Positions 25,162 through 34,397 of a stretch of DNA of 34,397 nt are shown one piece after another. Position numbers and translations under genes: made by a program. Below the pieces are notes generated by a model that worked only from the letters and a program-made list of their open reading frames with translations, searched no databases and was not told the origin of the DNA. Where the stretch lies: IMG/VR virus record IMGVR_UViG_3300038307_000128, positions 1 to 34,397 of that record; one strand, 5' to 3'. The stretch's first letter is position 1; the number at the start of each line of letters is the position of its first letter. Source of the stretch: a virus. Taxonomy: Duplodnaviria > Caudoviricetes.

Positions 25162-25362
25162 ATGAAATACGAAGTATTGAAAGACGGCGTGGCAAAAGAT
25201 GGTCGCTCTTTTTCTGTTGGTGCAATAGTTGAACTTGATAAAGAATATGCTGAACATCTAGTGAACAAAGGGGTGGTTCGACCAGTAAACTTTGAAAAGC
25301 CAAAGCCAAAAAAGAATCGTGCAGTTTCAAAGCCAAGTGACTTAGAGCAAGCAGTTGAATAA
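25162..25362 (+). CDS. Small head-region protein
   Basis: AGGAG RBS; G..VEL...AEHLV.KG pattern. Confidence 0.7.
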   Translation: MKYEVLKDGVAKDGRSFSVGAIVELDKEYAEHLVNKGVVRPVNFEKPKPKKNRAVSKPSDLEQAVE

Positions 25363-25943
25363 TGAGTTATAAAAGTTTCAAAGTTACAACAGCACCTGCA
25401 GTTGAACCTGTAACAGTTGCAGAAGCAAAAACGCAACTGCGTATCGATGGCAGTAGTGAAGATACGCTGATTGGTAATTACATTACAGTCGCAAGGCAAA
25501 CACTCGAAGTTTTAATGCGTAGAGCGTTTATAACTCAAACGATAACTTTAAAGTATGATAGTTTTCCTTCACAAATAAGATTACCAAGACCACCTGCAAT
25601 AGCAGTTACAAGTATTAGTTATGTTGATACAGATGGTGCATCCCAAACTTGGGGTGGTTCAAATTATGTTCTTGATTCTCAAATTGAACCCGCAAGTATT
25701 CAACCTGCTTACAATGTCGATTTCCCAGATACAAGAACACAAGCAAATGCAGTGACTGTTGTTTATACCGCAGGGTATGGAACAGCAACGACTGATGTAC
25801 CCGAGTCAATTCGTTTGGCTATTCGTTTGTTGGTTGGTTCTTATTATGAGAACAGGGAAGCGACTTCTGTTGCAAAAGTAAATGAGTTACCGCTTGGAAT
25901 ACAAATGCTAGTTGCATCAAATGAAATACCAGAGGTGTTTTAA
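25362..25943 (+). CDS. Head-tail connector (gp6-like)
   Basis: EPVT.AEAK.QLRID...ED.LI, YTAGYG, VP..I..AI.LLV..YYENRE. Confidence 0.9.
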   Translation: MSYKSFKVTTAPAVEPVTVAEAKTQLRIDGSSEDTLIGNYITVARQTLEVLMRRAFITQTITLKYDSFPSQIRLPRPPAIAVTSISYVDTDGASQTWGGSNYVLDSQIEPASIQPAYNVDFPDTRTQANAVTVVYTAGYGTATTDVPESIRLAIRLLVGSYYENREATSVAKVNELPLGIQMLVASNEIPEVF

Positions 25944-26263
25944 TGCTTGCGGGAAGTATGAAACAGCGAGTAAGTATTCAATCTCAAAGTACAACTTTGG
26001 ATGGGTATGGTGAACCCGCAAATACTTGGACAACCGATTCAACAGTTTGGGCTTCAATCGTTCCACTAAGTGGAACTGAGCAACAAGTTGCAGAAGGAAC
26101 TACAGGTATAATTACTCACCGAGTTGTGATGAGATACAACACAGATGCTTCCCCACAGAAAAGATTATTATTTGGTTCAAAGGTTTTAGGAATCGAGTCA
26201 GTTATAAATACAAACGAGGCAGACAAGGAATTGCAATTACTTTGTAGGGAAGAAATAAACTAA
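25943..26263 (+). CDS. Head closure protein (SPP1 gp16-like)
   Basis: AG.M..RV.IQ.....D.YG....W.....WA...P.SG.E. Confidence 0.88.
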   Translation: MLAGSMKQRVSIQSQSTTLDGYGEPANTWTTDSTVWASIVPLSGTEQQVAEGTTGIITHRVVMRYNTDASPQKRLLFGSKVLGIESVINTNEADKELQLLCREEIN

Positions 26264-26934
26264 TGGTAGAAATACAAAATACAACTCTTGGTGTTGGTGG
26301 TTCTTTTGGTGGAACGAACTTTAATGTTGGCACAAGAAGTATGCAGACAGTTTCTATGGGTACAGGTGGCATTGTTGGTTTGAAGGCGTTGGATGATATG
26401 TTAGAAAGAATGCCCAAAAAGATTCAGCAGGCGATTATGAGAAGGGCAATGCAACAGGCACTAAAACCTTTTTACCAAGAAGCAAAAAGACTTGCGCCAG
26501 TACAGTGGCAAAGGTATGAGATATGGAATGAGGATGGTGGGTTTATGAGTGATGTCTTTAACCAAATAACTCGTAGGCGTAGGGGTAGGTTAAAGAAGTC
26601 AGTTAAACGAAGAACAAAAAGTAACAAGTGGGCGCACACATTTTCTGGTAACCTGTATTCAAACATCAAAAAGTTTAAGACATACTATTCCCACTTGACT
26701 GAATGGGGAACTCAAGGTCATTTCATAAACAATTACTTTGGGCATAAAGGTCACAAGAAATGGGTCAAAGGACAAAAGGCACAGAAGTGGATGACTAGAG
26801 CGTGGAAAAAAAAATGGAAAACATCAATGAGAAACTTCCAAAGAGTTATTAGGGCAGAAACAAAAAGACAGTTTAGAATTTATGTAATGCAACTAAAAAG
26901 TGAAGAAAGACGAGGGATGGTTTCGAGTATATAA
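26263..26934 (+). CDS. HK97 gp10-like neck protein
   Basis: GL..L...L, LAPV, G.LKKS, Y.HL.EWGT, AQ.WM..AW. Confidence 0.75.
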   Translation: MVEIQNTTLGVGGSFGGTNFNVGTRSMQTVSMGTGGIVGLKALDDMLERMPKKIQQAIMRRAMQQALKPFYQEAKRLAPVQWQRYEIWNEDGGFMSDVFNQITRRRRGRLKKSVKRRTKSNKWAHTFSGNLYSNIKKFKTYYSHLTEWGTQGHFINNYFGHKGHKKWVKGQKAQKWMTRAWKKKWKTSMRNFQRVIRAETKRQFRIYVMQLKSEERRGMVSSI

Positions 26935-26935
26935 C

Positions 26936-27346
26936 ATGGCAGACGAAATAGAAAAAGCAATTAGAAGTGTACTTGTTGCAGATACAGATGTCAACGATTT
27001 GGTGTCTGGTCGTATCTATCCTTACATGAGGCAACAGGGGCAGGACTTTCCTGCAATAGTTTATACTTTAGATTCAACAGAACCCGCACATGGTTTGGGT
27101 GGCTCGTTAGGTTTGACAAGGGTTAACTTAGCAATCGAGCAATGGGCAGAAACTTATAATGAGGCAAAGCAACTTGCAGAAAAAGTTAAAAATGCCCTAG
27201 ATAATTATTCGGGTACAAGTGAAGGCGTGGTAATAAAAAGTTGTTACCACGATAATGATAGTGGGAATGTTGACATTTCCCCAATTGGATTGGATAGAGG
27301 AATGTCCTCTATTGATAGTGATTATGTAATTTGGTATGAAAGTTAA
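26936..27346 (+). CDS. Tail terminator (DUF3168-like)
   Basis: LVSGRIYP, PAIVY, A.TY.EA..LA..V..AL. Confidence 0.8.
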   Translation: MADEIEKAIRSVLVADTDVNDLVSGRIYPYMRQQGQDFPAIVYTLDSTEPAHGLGGSLGLTRVNLAIEQWAETYNEAKQLAEKVKNALDNYSGTSEGVVIKSCYHDNDSGNVDISPIGLDRGMSSIDSDYVIWYES

Positions 27347-27365
27347 AAACAAGGAGTAACCCGAA

Positions 27366-27746
27366 ATGGGAGCAGTAACATCAAACGGAACAACAATAAC
27401 AGTAGACAGTCAGTTAATCGGTGACGTAGTATCTATAGCCGCTGTATCGGTATCAGTCGCAACAATAGACTCAACAGACTTGGACTCAACGTGGCGGACT
27501 TTCATTGGTGGAATTAAAGATGGCGGCGACTGTAGTTTTGAGATAGCCTATGACCCAAGCGACACCGCACACCAAGCATTGGAAGCAGATATTGACGGTG
27601 GAAGCAAGACAGTAAGCATTGCTTGGAGTGATGCAACGACTTGTACTTTTAGTGCAATAATTACTTCTTTCTCCCCAAGTGCTGCGATTGATGATAAACT
27701 AACTTGTAGTGTAGGAATGAAAATTACAGGAGCAGTTACTTTCTAA
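27366..27746 (+). CDS. Tail tube protein
   Basis: ID.T.LDS.WR.FI.G.KD.G...F...YDP, KITG; position. Confidence 0.85.
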   Translation: MGAVTSNGTTITVDSQLIGDVVSIAAVSVSVATIDSTDLDSTWRTFIGGIKDGGDCSFEIAYDPSDTAHQALEADIDGGSKTVSIAWSDATTCTFSAIITSFSPSAAIDDKLTCSVGMKITGAVTF

Positions 27747-27759
27747 AATGGAGATATGA

Positions 27760-28113
27760 ATGCTAGACAAAAAAACTATCCTTAATGCAGATGACCTTCC
27801 ACGAGAACAAGTCGCTGTTCCACAATGGGGCGGAGATGTTTTTGTGAGAACATTAACTGGCACAGAGCGAGATGAGTTTGAGCAATCGTGCCTGACTTCA
27901 CGTGGCAAGAACAAAGAAATGAATCTTAAAAACATTAGGGCTCGACTGTGTGTTCTTTGTATTTGCCAAGAAGATGGTATTCGCATGTTCGATGCTAGAG
28001 ATGTTGATGCCCTTGGTAAAAAAAGTTCTTCAGCACTTGACTTGATATTTTCTGTAGCCCAAAAACTGAATGGGCTATCTGGGGAAGATACTGAGGAACT
28101 AGCGGGAAACTAA
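27760..28113 (+). CDS. Tail assembly chaperone (gpG-like)
   Basis: V.VPQWGG.V.VR.LTG.ERD.FE; ends in a slippery site. Confidence 0.85.
   Translation: MLDKKTILNADDLPREQVAVPQWGGDVFVRTLTGTERDEFEQSCLTSRGKNKEMNLKNIRARLCVLCICQEDGIRMFDARDVDALGKKSSSALDLIFSVAQKLNGLSGEDTEELAGN
28104..28110 (+). promoter_or_regulatory. Programmed -1 frameshift slippery sequence G GGA AAC
   Basis: XXXYYYZ heptamer right before the stop; -1 frame is open to 28442. Confidence 0.85.
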
Positions 28114-28442
28114 AGAGCCGTCCAGAACGGCAATTTTATTTTAGGTTAGCATTGGAATTGGGCATGACGGTAAAAGAATTACTTTCTAGAATTGACTCAA
28201 AAGAACTTGCTGAATGGTCTGCATTTTTTTCTATCGAACCTTTTGGATACTTTAGAAGTGATGTGCAGTGTGGGGTAATTGCTAGCACTATTGCAAACTG
28301 CAATAGGTCTAAACATTCTAAAAGTTTCACCCCAACAGACTTCATGCCCTTTGGTGTAAATTCCGAGCAAGAAAAAATGACAGGCGAACAAATGAAAACA
28401 GTAATGATGGGCATAGCGGAAAACCAAAGCGGGAAAAAATAG
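28104..28442 (+). CDS. Tail assembly chaperone frameshift extension (gpT-like)
   Basis: -1 frame KLKSRPERQFYFRLALELGMTVKELL...EW.AF..IEPFG. Confidence 0.85.
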   Translation, partial: GKLKSRPERQFYFRLALELGMTVKELLSRIDSKELAEWSAFFSIEPFGYFRSDVQCGVIASTIANCNRSKHSKSFTPTDFMPFGVNSEQEKMTGEQMKTVMMGIAENQSGKK

Positions 28443-28443
28443 C

Positions 28444-30765
28444 ATGGCAACAATAGGCAATCTTTGGATAAACATAAAAGCAAACACTAAGAGTTTACAA
28501 CGTGGTGTAGGTGGTGCTAAAAACTCACTAGCCGCTTTTGGAAAGTTTATGATGAACCCAGCAGTTCTTGGAATTGCTGTTCTCACTGTTGCAATTGTTG
28601 CATGGGTAAAGTTAGGCAAAGCAATAGTAAGTGGTTTGAAATCTGCAGTACAAGAATCTATGAAGTTTAACCAATCAATGGCAAAGGTTGGTGCTGTCAC
28701 AATGTCTACAGGCAAGGACTTTGATTTAATGAGGAAGAAGGCACTTGAATTAGGTAGAACAAGTGTCTTTACTGCTGACCAAGTTGCAGGTGGTCAACTT
28801 GCATTGGCAAAGGCAGGTCTTACATCAAGCGAAGTGAATGAAACAATTGAAGCAACTGCACACTTAGCCGCTGCTGCAGATATGGACTTGGCAGAAGCAA
28901 GTGGTGTTGTGGTAAATGCTATGCGGGCGTTTAATTTGACCGCAGAAGATACTACACATATTGCAGATGTTTTTGCTTTAACAATGTCCAGAAGTAATAC
29001 AACAGTTCTTGAGCATGCAGACGCATTGGCTTACGTTGCACCAGTTGCTCGTTCACTAGGTTTCTCACTGGAACATACTTCCGCTATGATTGGTGTTCTT
29101 GCAGATTCAGGTATTAAAGGTTCGATGGCAGGTACAGGTTTAAGGCGTGTAATGTCTGCACTTGCGACTGAAATTGAAACGCATGGTGTACAAGCATTAG
29201 ACAATTGGATAACAGCAGGACACACAGTTAGCGAAGATTTACTTAAGTTTGGCTTGCGTGGTTTTAATGTAACTCAAGTGCTTGCGCTTATGAGAAAGAA
29301 GATGCTTGCGCTTGGTCAAGAAACATTGACCGCTTCTGACATTGTTAAGAAGATGGCAGAGATGAGAATGGATACTTTGGAAGGCGATTTTATTAAATTA
29401 AAATCTGCAGTTAGTGGTTTGAAAATTGTTGTAGGTGACGAACTCGAACCTGTTATTAGACAAGTAGTGCAAATATCGACTCATGCAGTAAATGCAATAA
29501 CTGCGGGCTTTGTAGAATGGGTTAAAAGTGCAGACGATGTTGAATTATCCATGAAAGATTTAGAACTCATTGTCCGTGGTATATTCATAGGTACCCAAAT
29601 GGCAATCCAATCTATGATACAACTTTTCAATGAGCAAATAAGAGAGGCGAGGATATTATTAAATATAGGGCAAGTTATTGCCAATGCGATAGAGTTGATA
29701 TCTGAACTTGCTTCTGGTTCGTTTGTAGGTACTGGAATGGAGTTTAAGGATATAGTAACAGACTTAAAAGATATTGGCGATACAGTTCAAAAGGGTTGGT
29801 TCGGTAAACCAAATGAGTCAATAGATAAGTTGTTTGAAGAAATTATAAAAGCGTTTGATTCAGGAACTAAAGAACTTGACGAAAAAGTAAAAGCGTTTTC
29901 TGATAAGTCTGGCAACCAATTCTTGGAGTCGCTTGGATTGACTTCCAAGGGCTTGGCGCAAATGGATGAGGCAACCGCAAAGATTCTAGACAAGATGTCT
30001 ACATGGCGTGACAAGTTAGACGATGAGTGGCTGTTCGCAGGTTGGGAAAAATGGGAAATAGATGCAGACAAAGCAATTGAAGTTTTAGAAAAAATGGGCG
30101 GTGAAACAAAAGCAATTGCAGAAATTTGGGAGATGATTGATTTTAAAAATCACATGGATGACCTACTAAAAGTAGAAGCACAAATGGAAAAGATGAAAGA
30201 TGAAGCACAAAGTATTTTTGAATCTGTGATGACTCCTTTTGAAAAACTTGAATCTGAAAAAGCAAACTTGAGTAAATTGTTTGCCGAAGGCGTTTTATCA
30301 GATGAAACATACAACAGGGCTTTGAAAAAATTAGAAAAAACATTGGAAGATAGTGAAGCAAAAGTAAAGTTAGGCGTAGATGAAAAAGCAATACAAAAAG
30401 GGTTTACTGTTGGTTTGCAAACTGCGATGGGTACAGTTAAAATTGCAGGGGAAGTAAATAGAACAGAACAACTTGCACAGAAGTCCTTGCAAGTACAAGA
30501 GAATATGAACCGTTTGAATGAGGCAATGGTCGGCAATACAAAATCTACATCCGATGCATTGGCAGGAACAGTCAAAACTGATGTCGATGGTTTAAAAGAA
30601 AAAATTACATCGGCATTAAGTAATGCAACTATAACAGCAAGTATTACAACCGCAACTTTAGAAGGTGTAATTAAAGATGGCAATGAAATACTAAGAGATG
30701 GTTTTATGGCTGTAGTAAATGAAGTAAAAAATATTTCTAATGAAACAACGAGTCCTTTAACATGA
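28444..30765 (+). CDS. Tape measure protein (TP901-family core)
   Basis: A.ELG..S.FTA.QVA, L.YVAPVA..LG, GIKGS.AGT.L, DTLEGD...LKSA. Confidence 0.93.
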   Translation: MATIGNLWINIKANTKSLQRGVGGAKNSLAAFGKFMMNPAVLGIAVLTVAIVAWVKLGKAIVSGLKSAVQESMKFNQSMAKVGAVTMSTGKDFDLMRKKALELGRTSVFTADQVAGGQLALAKAGLTSSEVNETIEATAHLAAAADMDLAEASGVVVNAMRAFNLTAEDTTHIADVFALTMSRSNTTVLEHADALAYVAPVARSLGFSLEHTSAMIGVLADSGIKGSMAGTGLRRVMSALATEIETHGVQALDNWITAGHTVSEDLLKFGLRGFNVTQVLALMRKKMLALGQETLTASDIVKKMAEMRMDTLEGDFIKLKSAVSGLKIVVGDELEPVIRQVVQISTHAVNAITAGFVEWVKSADDVELSMKDLELIVRGIFIGTQMAIQSMIQLFNEQIREARILLNIGQVIANAIELISELASGSFVGTGMEFKDIVTDLKDIGDTVQKGWFGKPNESIDKLFEEIIKAFDSGTKELDEKVKAFSDKSGNQFLESLGLTSKGLAQMDEATAKILDKMSTWRDKLDDEWLFAGWEKWEIDADKAIEVLEKMGGETKAIAEIWEMIDFKNHMDDLLKVEAQMEKMKDEAQSIFESVMTPFEKLESEKANLSKLFAEGVLSDETYNRALKKLEKTLEDSEAKVKLGVDEKAIQKGFTVGLQTAMGTVKIAGEVNRTEQLAQKSLQVQENMNRLNEAMVGNTKSTSDALAGTVKTDVDGLKEKITSALSNATITASITTATLEGVIKDGNEILRDGFMAVVNEVKNISNETTSPLT

Positions 30766-31682
30766 GTATCCAATACAAAGAACTTTTAGAATCCAGAACT
30801 GTGAATAGAGATGGCGAGTCATTTACTGCATCAAGGACTTTTCTTGTTTATGATAGTACCGAAAGTGCAAAACTAACCGCAACGCAAGCAGTCAACTATC
30901 ACGGGGGCGTTTCTTTTTCAACTACTCACCCAGAAATTAGTTCAATTTATGCGAATAGTTTTACAGTAACGCCAATGCCCGAAAGGAGATACACCTACAA
31001 GATAGTTTGGAGTTACGCAGAAGAAGCAGATGACCATGAAGACGAAGATGATAATACATCTGTAGACCCAGATGATGATGGTGGCATACTCGACCCACCA
31101 ACAGGTGACGAGCAAGAACAAAGTTCGGGTGAGGCGGTTGGCGATGACGGGGTGAGCGAAGATGAACCAAGTGGTGATGACTCAGATACCACAAGGCAAT
31201 TCAACGGTGTTTCTATAACCACAGGTCTTGCGTTGGTTGATGGTTTCGTTGCAGGTGCAACAATTCCAAGTGATGGCACAGAAGTAGAAACAGCAATTGC
31301 AGATGGAACGGTTGTACACGAAGGCGGTGAGCCTGTAACCGTTCCCATTCCCACAACAGAAATATCTTTAAGCGAAACTAGGTGGGGCGCATACTTTTAC
31401 TTTAATGACGTACAAACAAAAGCAGGAAAAAGAAACGAAAGTTCCTTTTTTGGCTTTGATGCGGGGAGTGTTATCTTTAAGGGTATGTCTGTGCAACGGC
31501 AAGAGTATGACAAGTGGGATGTCACTTATACTTTCGCTTGGGATGCTTGGAGTCACATGAGGCAAGTTCCAAAAAGAACAGAGGACGGTGACACAGATTG
31601 GAATGATGATGACCCCGTAACTTTGGATATATTTTTCAAACAACCATTTCCTGATACAGTGAGTTTCAGTTTTGCGCCATGA
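30762..31682 (+). CDS. Putative distal tail/baseplate protein with acidic insertion
   Basis: First gene after the tape measure; beta-rich; D/E-rich loop. Confidence 0.5.
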   Translation: MSIQYKELLESRTVNRDGESFTASRTFLVYDSTESAKLTATQAVNYHGGVSFSTTHPEISSIYANSFTVTPMPERRYTYKIVWSYAEEADDHEDEDDNTSVDPDDDGGILDPPTGDEQEQSSGEAVGDDGVSEDEPSGDDSDTTRQFNGVSITTGLALVDGFVAGATIPSDGTEVETAIADGTVVHEGGEPVTVPIPTTEISLSETRWGAYFYFNDVQTKAGKRNESSFFGFDAGSVIFKGMSVQRQEYDKWDVTYTFAWDAWSHMRQVPKRTEDGDTDWNDDDPVTLDIFFKQPFPDTVSFSFAP

Positions 31683-32221
31683 CTAAAGGACAATACCCAA
31701 CAATAAACAAAGGTCTTGGAAACCTTAGCCCAGATTTATGGCGTAGGCTCATGACGATGTTGGAAAAGTTTGAGCAAAAAGATAAAGATGAAACAAGTGC
31801 AAAAGGTAAAGGCAAAGGCAAAAGTTTTTTCCTTGCAAAACTTACAGGTGCTAAAAATGTAAAGTTGGATAGCAACCGTTACATTTACAAATGGACAAAG
31901 GTAAAAATTAGTGGCGTTCATGCAGACGGATATTTAGAGTTTGAAGATATGAGTACAACAAGTACTATTGGTGGGGATGATTATGCCAATGGTGCTTACA
32001 ACATAATTGAAAGCGTGAATACAGACACGGTAACATCAACAGGTGTAGACGAAGATGGTGCTACTTTTCCTTCTGGTTATACATTGCAAGCAATAGGCGG
32101 TGGTGATAACGATACTTTGGATGGGGCAGTTACACAATACTTAGAAACAGTTGTGATGATGTGGTCTACAGGCGGAAGATATTTATTCAGTGCTACTAAC
32201 AGTTATGACGGGAGTTGTTGA
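31679..32221 (+). CDS. Putative tail tip protein
   Basis: ATGA-coupled ORF in the tail module. Confidence 0.5.
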   Translation: MTKGQYPTINKGLGNLSPDLWRRLMTMLEKFEQKDKDETSAKGKGKGKSFFLAKLTGAKNVKLDSNRYIYKWTKVKISGVHADGYLEFEDMSTTSTIGGDDYANGAYNIIESVNTDTVTSTGVDEDGATFPSGYTLQAIGGGDNDTLDGAVTQYLETVVMMWSTGGRYLFSATNSYDGSC

Positions 32222-32929
32222 ATGAGCAATCTAATTCTATCCACTTGCAACTGCGGTGTTATTTGCGGTTCTTGTGTTAGTGGAATTGCAAACAGTGGTT
32301 GCACAGGCGAGTCACCCGATTGTCCAAACACACTTGCTGTAACTTTTACAATTCCCGCATGGACAAAAGTTAATGCAGATTGCCCCGATGGTACTGTCCT
32401 TGACCCAACGGAATACCCCGAATGGACAGGCACTATTACAGTTACAAGGGCAGATACAAGTGGCAATCTTAGTTGTAAGTATTCTGGTTCAGTTACAGAA
32501 ACAATAAGTTTATTTGTTCCCAATTGCGTTCCACCTGCCTACGGTTCAACTTGTACAACGCGGTCAATATCTGTTGAACTAAACAGGGGCGGTTTGAATT
32601 TGTTTACTTCGTGGGCGCTTGTGGATACATGTATGATTTCTGCGGGAACAGTTCCCACAACAGATGAACTTACAAGTACGTGGCAGTGTGGTGACCCATT
32701 AGCAGATTGTAATTGCAGAGGCGTTGGCGTTGCAATAGTTGACGATATTTGCTTGGCTTCAGGATACGAGCATGGTTTTTCGATTGGGTACAATTCGGGC
32801 GAAGCAGAATGCGGTGATTCAGTTCCTTGCTATACGCAGTATGGTGGAGAATGGACTATACAAAACTGGTGGGGCAGGTTGCACGCTTCCAACATCCCAC
32901 AACAAATATCTTCGGTCACTATCTCATGA
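32222..32929 (+). CDS. Cysteine-rich putative tail protein
   Basis: 17 Cys in 235 aa; tail module position. Confidence 0.5.
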   Translation: MSNLILSTCNCGVICGSCVSGIANSGCTGESPDCPNTLAVTFTIPAWTKVNADCPDGTVLDPTEYPEWTGTITVTRADTSGNLSCKYSGSVTETISLFVPNCVPPAYGSTCTTRSISVELNRGGLNLFTSWALVDTCMISAGTVPTTDELTSTWQCGDPLADCNCRGVGVAIVDDICLASGYEHGFSIGYNSGEAECGDSVPCYTQYGGEWTIQNWWGRLHASNIPQQISSVTIS

Positions 32930-33237
32930 AAGTAAACTGTGAACATTGGCAAGAATGCAAAGTAACTGGTGGCGGGTGCTGTTCAATTGGTGAGTATGAC
33001 AAGCCATCTTTTGGTGTATGTTTGCTTGCTTGTGCAATGAATACAAATAAGCAAGATGAAAGTTTATCTGTTAAAGAATTGGAAAAGTTTAAAGAACGCT
33101 CAAGGGGTTTTGGTGATACAGTAAAGAAGTTGATAGGCAAAGTCACACGTGGCAAAGCAAAACAATGTGGTGGATGCAAAAAAAGACAAGCGGTATTGAA
33201 TAGCCTAATACCATACAAGGATAATAAAAATGGGTGA
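32926..33237 (+). CDS. Small Cys-rich protein
   Basis: ATGA overlap; SRGFGDTV...CGGCKKRQ..LN motif. Confidence 0.6.
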   Translation: MKVNCEHWQECKVTGGGCCSIGEYDKPSFGVCLLACAMNTNKQDESLSVKELEKFKERSRGFGDTVKKLIGKVTRGKAKQCGGCKKRQAVLNSLIPYKDNKNG

Positions 33238-34060
33238 CGTAAAAACATGGGTATCTACAGATGGAAATTGGAACACAGCAGGAAGTTGGTCGCCTTCTGG
33301 TGTACCTGTTGCAACGGATGACGTTTACTTTGTTAGTGGAAGCCAAAGTGTAACTACTGGTGCATCGTCATCGGTTGTTCTTAACAGTTTGAACTTTGGT
33401 ACAAAATGGACAGGCGATACAGTAGTACTTACAACGAGCGCGACAACGGTTGACTATGCAAACAAGGTAGGCACTGTAATTCTTGAAGGAACTTACACAA
33501 CGGTTAATGTCCAAGCAACAGCATCAGACAATCCTGCGCTGAAGTTTGATACGTCAACCATAACCACTTTAAGAATTACGGGTGGCTCTGGCACTATTTA
33601 TATTGACGAGAACTCAACAGTTTCTGGTGCAATCAATATGGTTGGTTGCAAAGGTGCAAGGTTAGAAATACAAACAGGTGCAACCGTAAGTGCTGCGGAT
33701 ATTACAATTGATGCAGGGAAGGTTCTTACTTATGAACAAATTGATACGCTTACACAATTTGGTGGTATCGTTACTTTTGCAAACAGCGATGGAACAACAA
33801 ACACAGTTACATTATACAAAGGCATAATCAAATACAAACCAACTTCAACTGCTGTACTCACTACGCTTGTTGCTTATGGCGGTTACTTCGATATGCGGGG
33901 TTGCAATTCACCAAGCCATACCATTACAGACGCAACAATCTATTCTGGTTCTATGATTGATGAAAGAAATGGTTTATCAAATTGCACTTTCACTAATCCA
34001 ATTTTAAGTAATGGCGGTGTCTTTATGCCTGACCTTGGCAGAAATATAACGGTAACATAA
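33230..34060 (+). CDS. Beta-rich tail/adhesin-like protein, paralogue of the C-terminal domain of the junction-spanning gene
   Basis: GNW.TAG.WSPSGVP...DDVYF; T/G/V-rich; C-terminal D.GR..T. Confidence 0.6.
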   Translation: MGDVKTWVSTDGNWNTAGSWSPSGVPVATDDVYFVSGSQSVTTGASSSVVLNSLNFGTKWTGDTVVLTTSATTVDYANKVGTVILEGTYTTVNVQATASDNPALKFDTSTITTLRITGGSGTIYIDENSTVSGAINMVGCKGARLEIQTGATVSAADITIDAGKVLTYEQIDTLTQFGGIVTFANSDGTTNTVTLYKGIIKYKPTSTAVLTTLVAYGGYFDMRGCNSPSHTITDATIYSGSMIDERNGLSNCTFTNPILSNGGVFMPDLGRNITVT

Positions 34061-34397
34061 ATGGCAACAACTACAACAATCAATCCAACTTCAGATACTA
34101 GGATGTTTGAAAACTCACCTGACACCAACTATGGTTCTGCGGCTTTGGTGAAGATTGGCTATGCAACGGGAACAGGAAAAATGGATAACTCGGTATTCCG
34201 TTTTGATGTTTCAAGTTACAACGCTGAAGATATTGTTTCTGCTGTGTTTACTTTGAAAGTTGCAACTGAATGGGGAAGCACTGCTAGAGAATTGATACTT
34301 GCAAGGTGTACAAAGGAATGGGTAGATACTGAATGTACTTGGAATGTGTACAAAGATAGTACGGCATGGACAGCGGGTGGTGGTGTTGATGATACTG
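34061..34397 (+). CDS. 5' part of the DNRLRE-domain tail protein (continues into 1-1245)
   Basis: MATTTTINPTSDTRMFENSPDTNYGS...FRFDVS...IVSAVFTL, in frame with the ORF at position 7. Confidence 0.75.
   Translation, partial: MATTTTINPTSDTRMFENSPDTNYGSAALVKIGYATGTGKMDNSVFRFDVSSYNAEDIVSAVFTLKVATEWGSTARELILARCTKEWVDTECTWNVYKDSTAWTAGGGVDDT
34247..34397. repeat. Terminal direct repeat (copy 2)
   Basis: Matches 1-151 with one mismatch. Confidence 0.97.

Noticed and set aside
1424-34128. Minus-strand ORFs in the track
   Set aside because: Nearly all shadow well-supported plus-strand genes or control regions and none shows a recognisable motif
34247-34397. 151-bp repeat as physical terminal repeats
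   Set aside because: It falls mid-gene, the length matches a common read/assembly overlap, and HNH plus HK97-type terminase point to cos ends near 13.95 kb

Overview
This window is an apparently complete ~34.25-kb circular (or circularly assembled) siphophage genome: the last 151 nt repeat the first 151 nt. Every credible gene is on the + strand. Gene order is: metallophosphoesterase; replication module (Sak4-like AAA ATPase, DUF669 SSB, initiator with internal iteron-like repeats); a promoter followed by a ~430-nt non-coding stretch that folds by hand into a nested multi-domain RNA; an array of small early genes preceded by near-identical 29-30 bp leaders; DUF932; a sigma-like regulator; Holliday junction resolvase; small membrane proteins; HNH and a putative cos site; a 7-deazaguanine DNA-modification cassette (parB-N, dpdA-like, queC, an unexpected LDH/MDH-fold dehydrogenase, queD, queE, folE, GP88-like); an HK97-type head; and a non-contractile tail with a -1 frameshift, ending in Cys-rich and beta-rich tip proteins. 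I found no integrase, repressor, DNA polymerase, tRNA or endolysin. The two leading candidates for new biology are the LDH-like/GP88-extended deazaguanine pathway and the large structured ncRNA. All calls come from motif recognition and hand-folding; no searches or computations were run.
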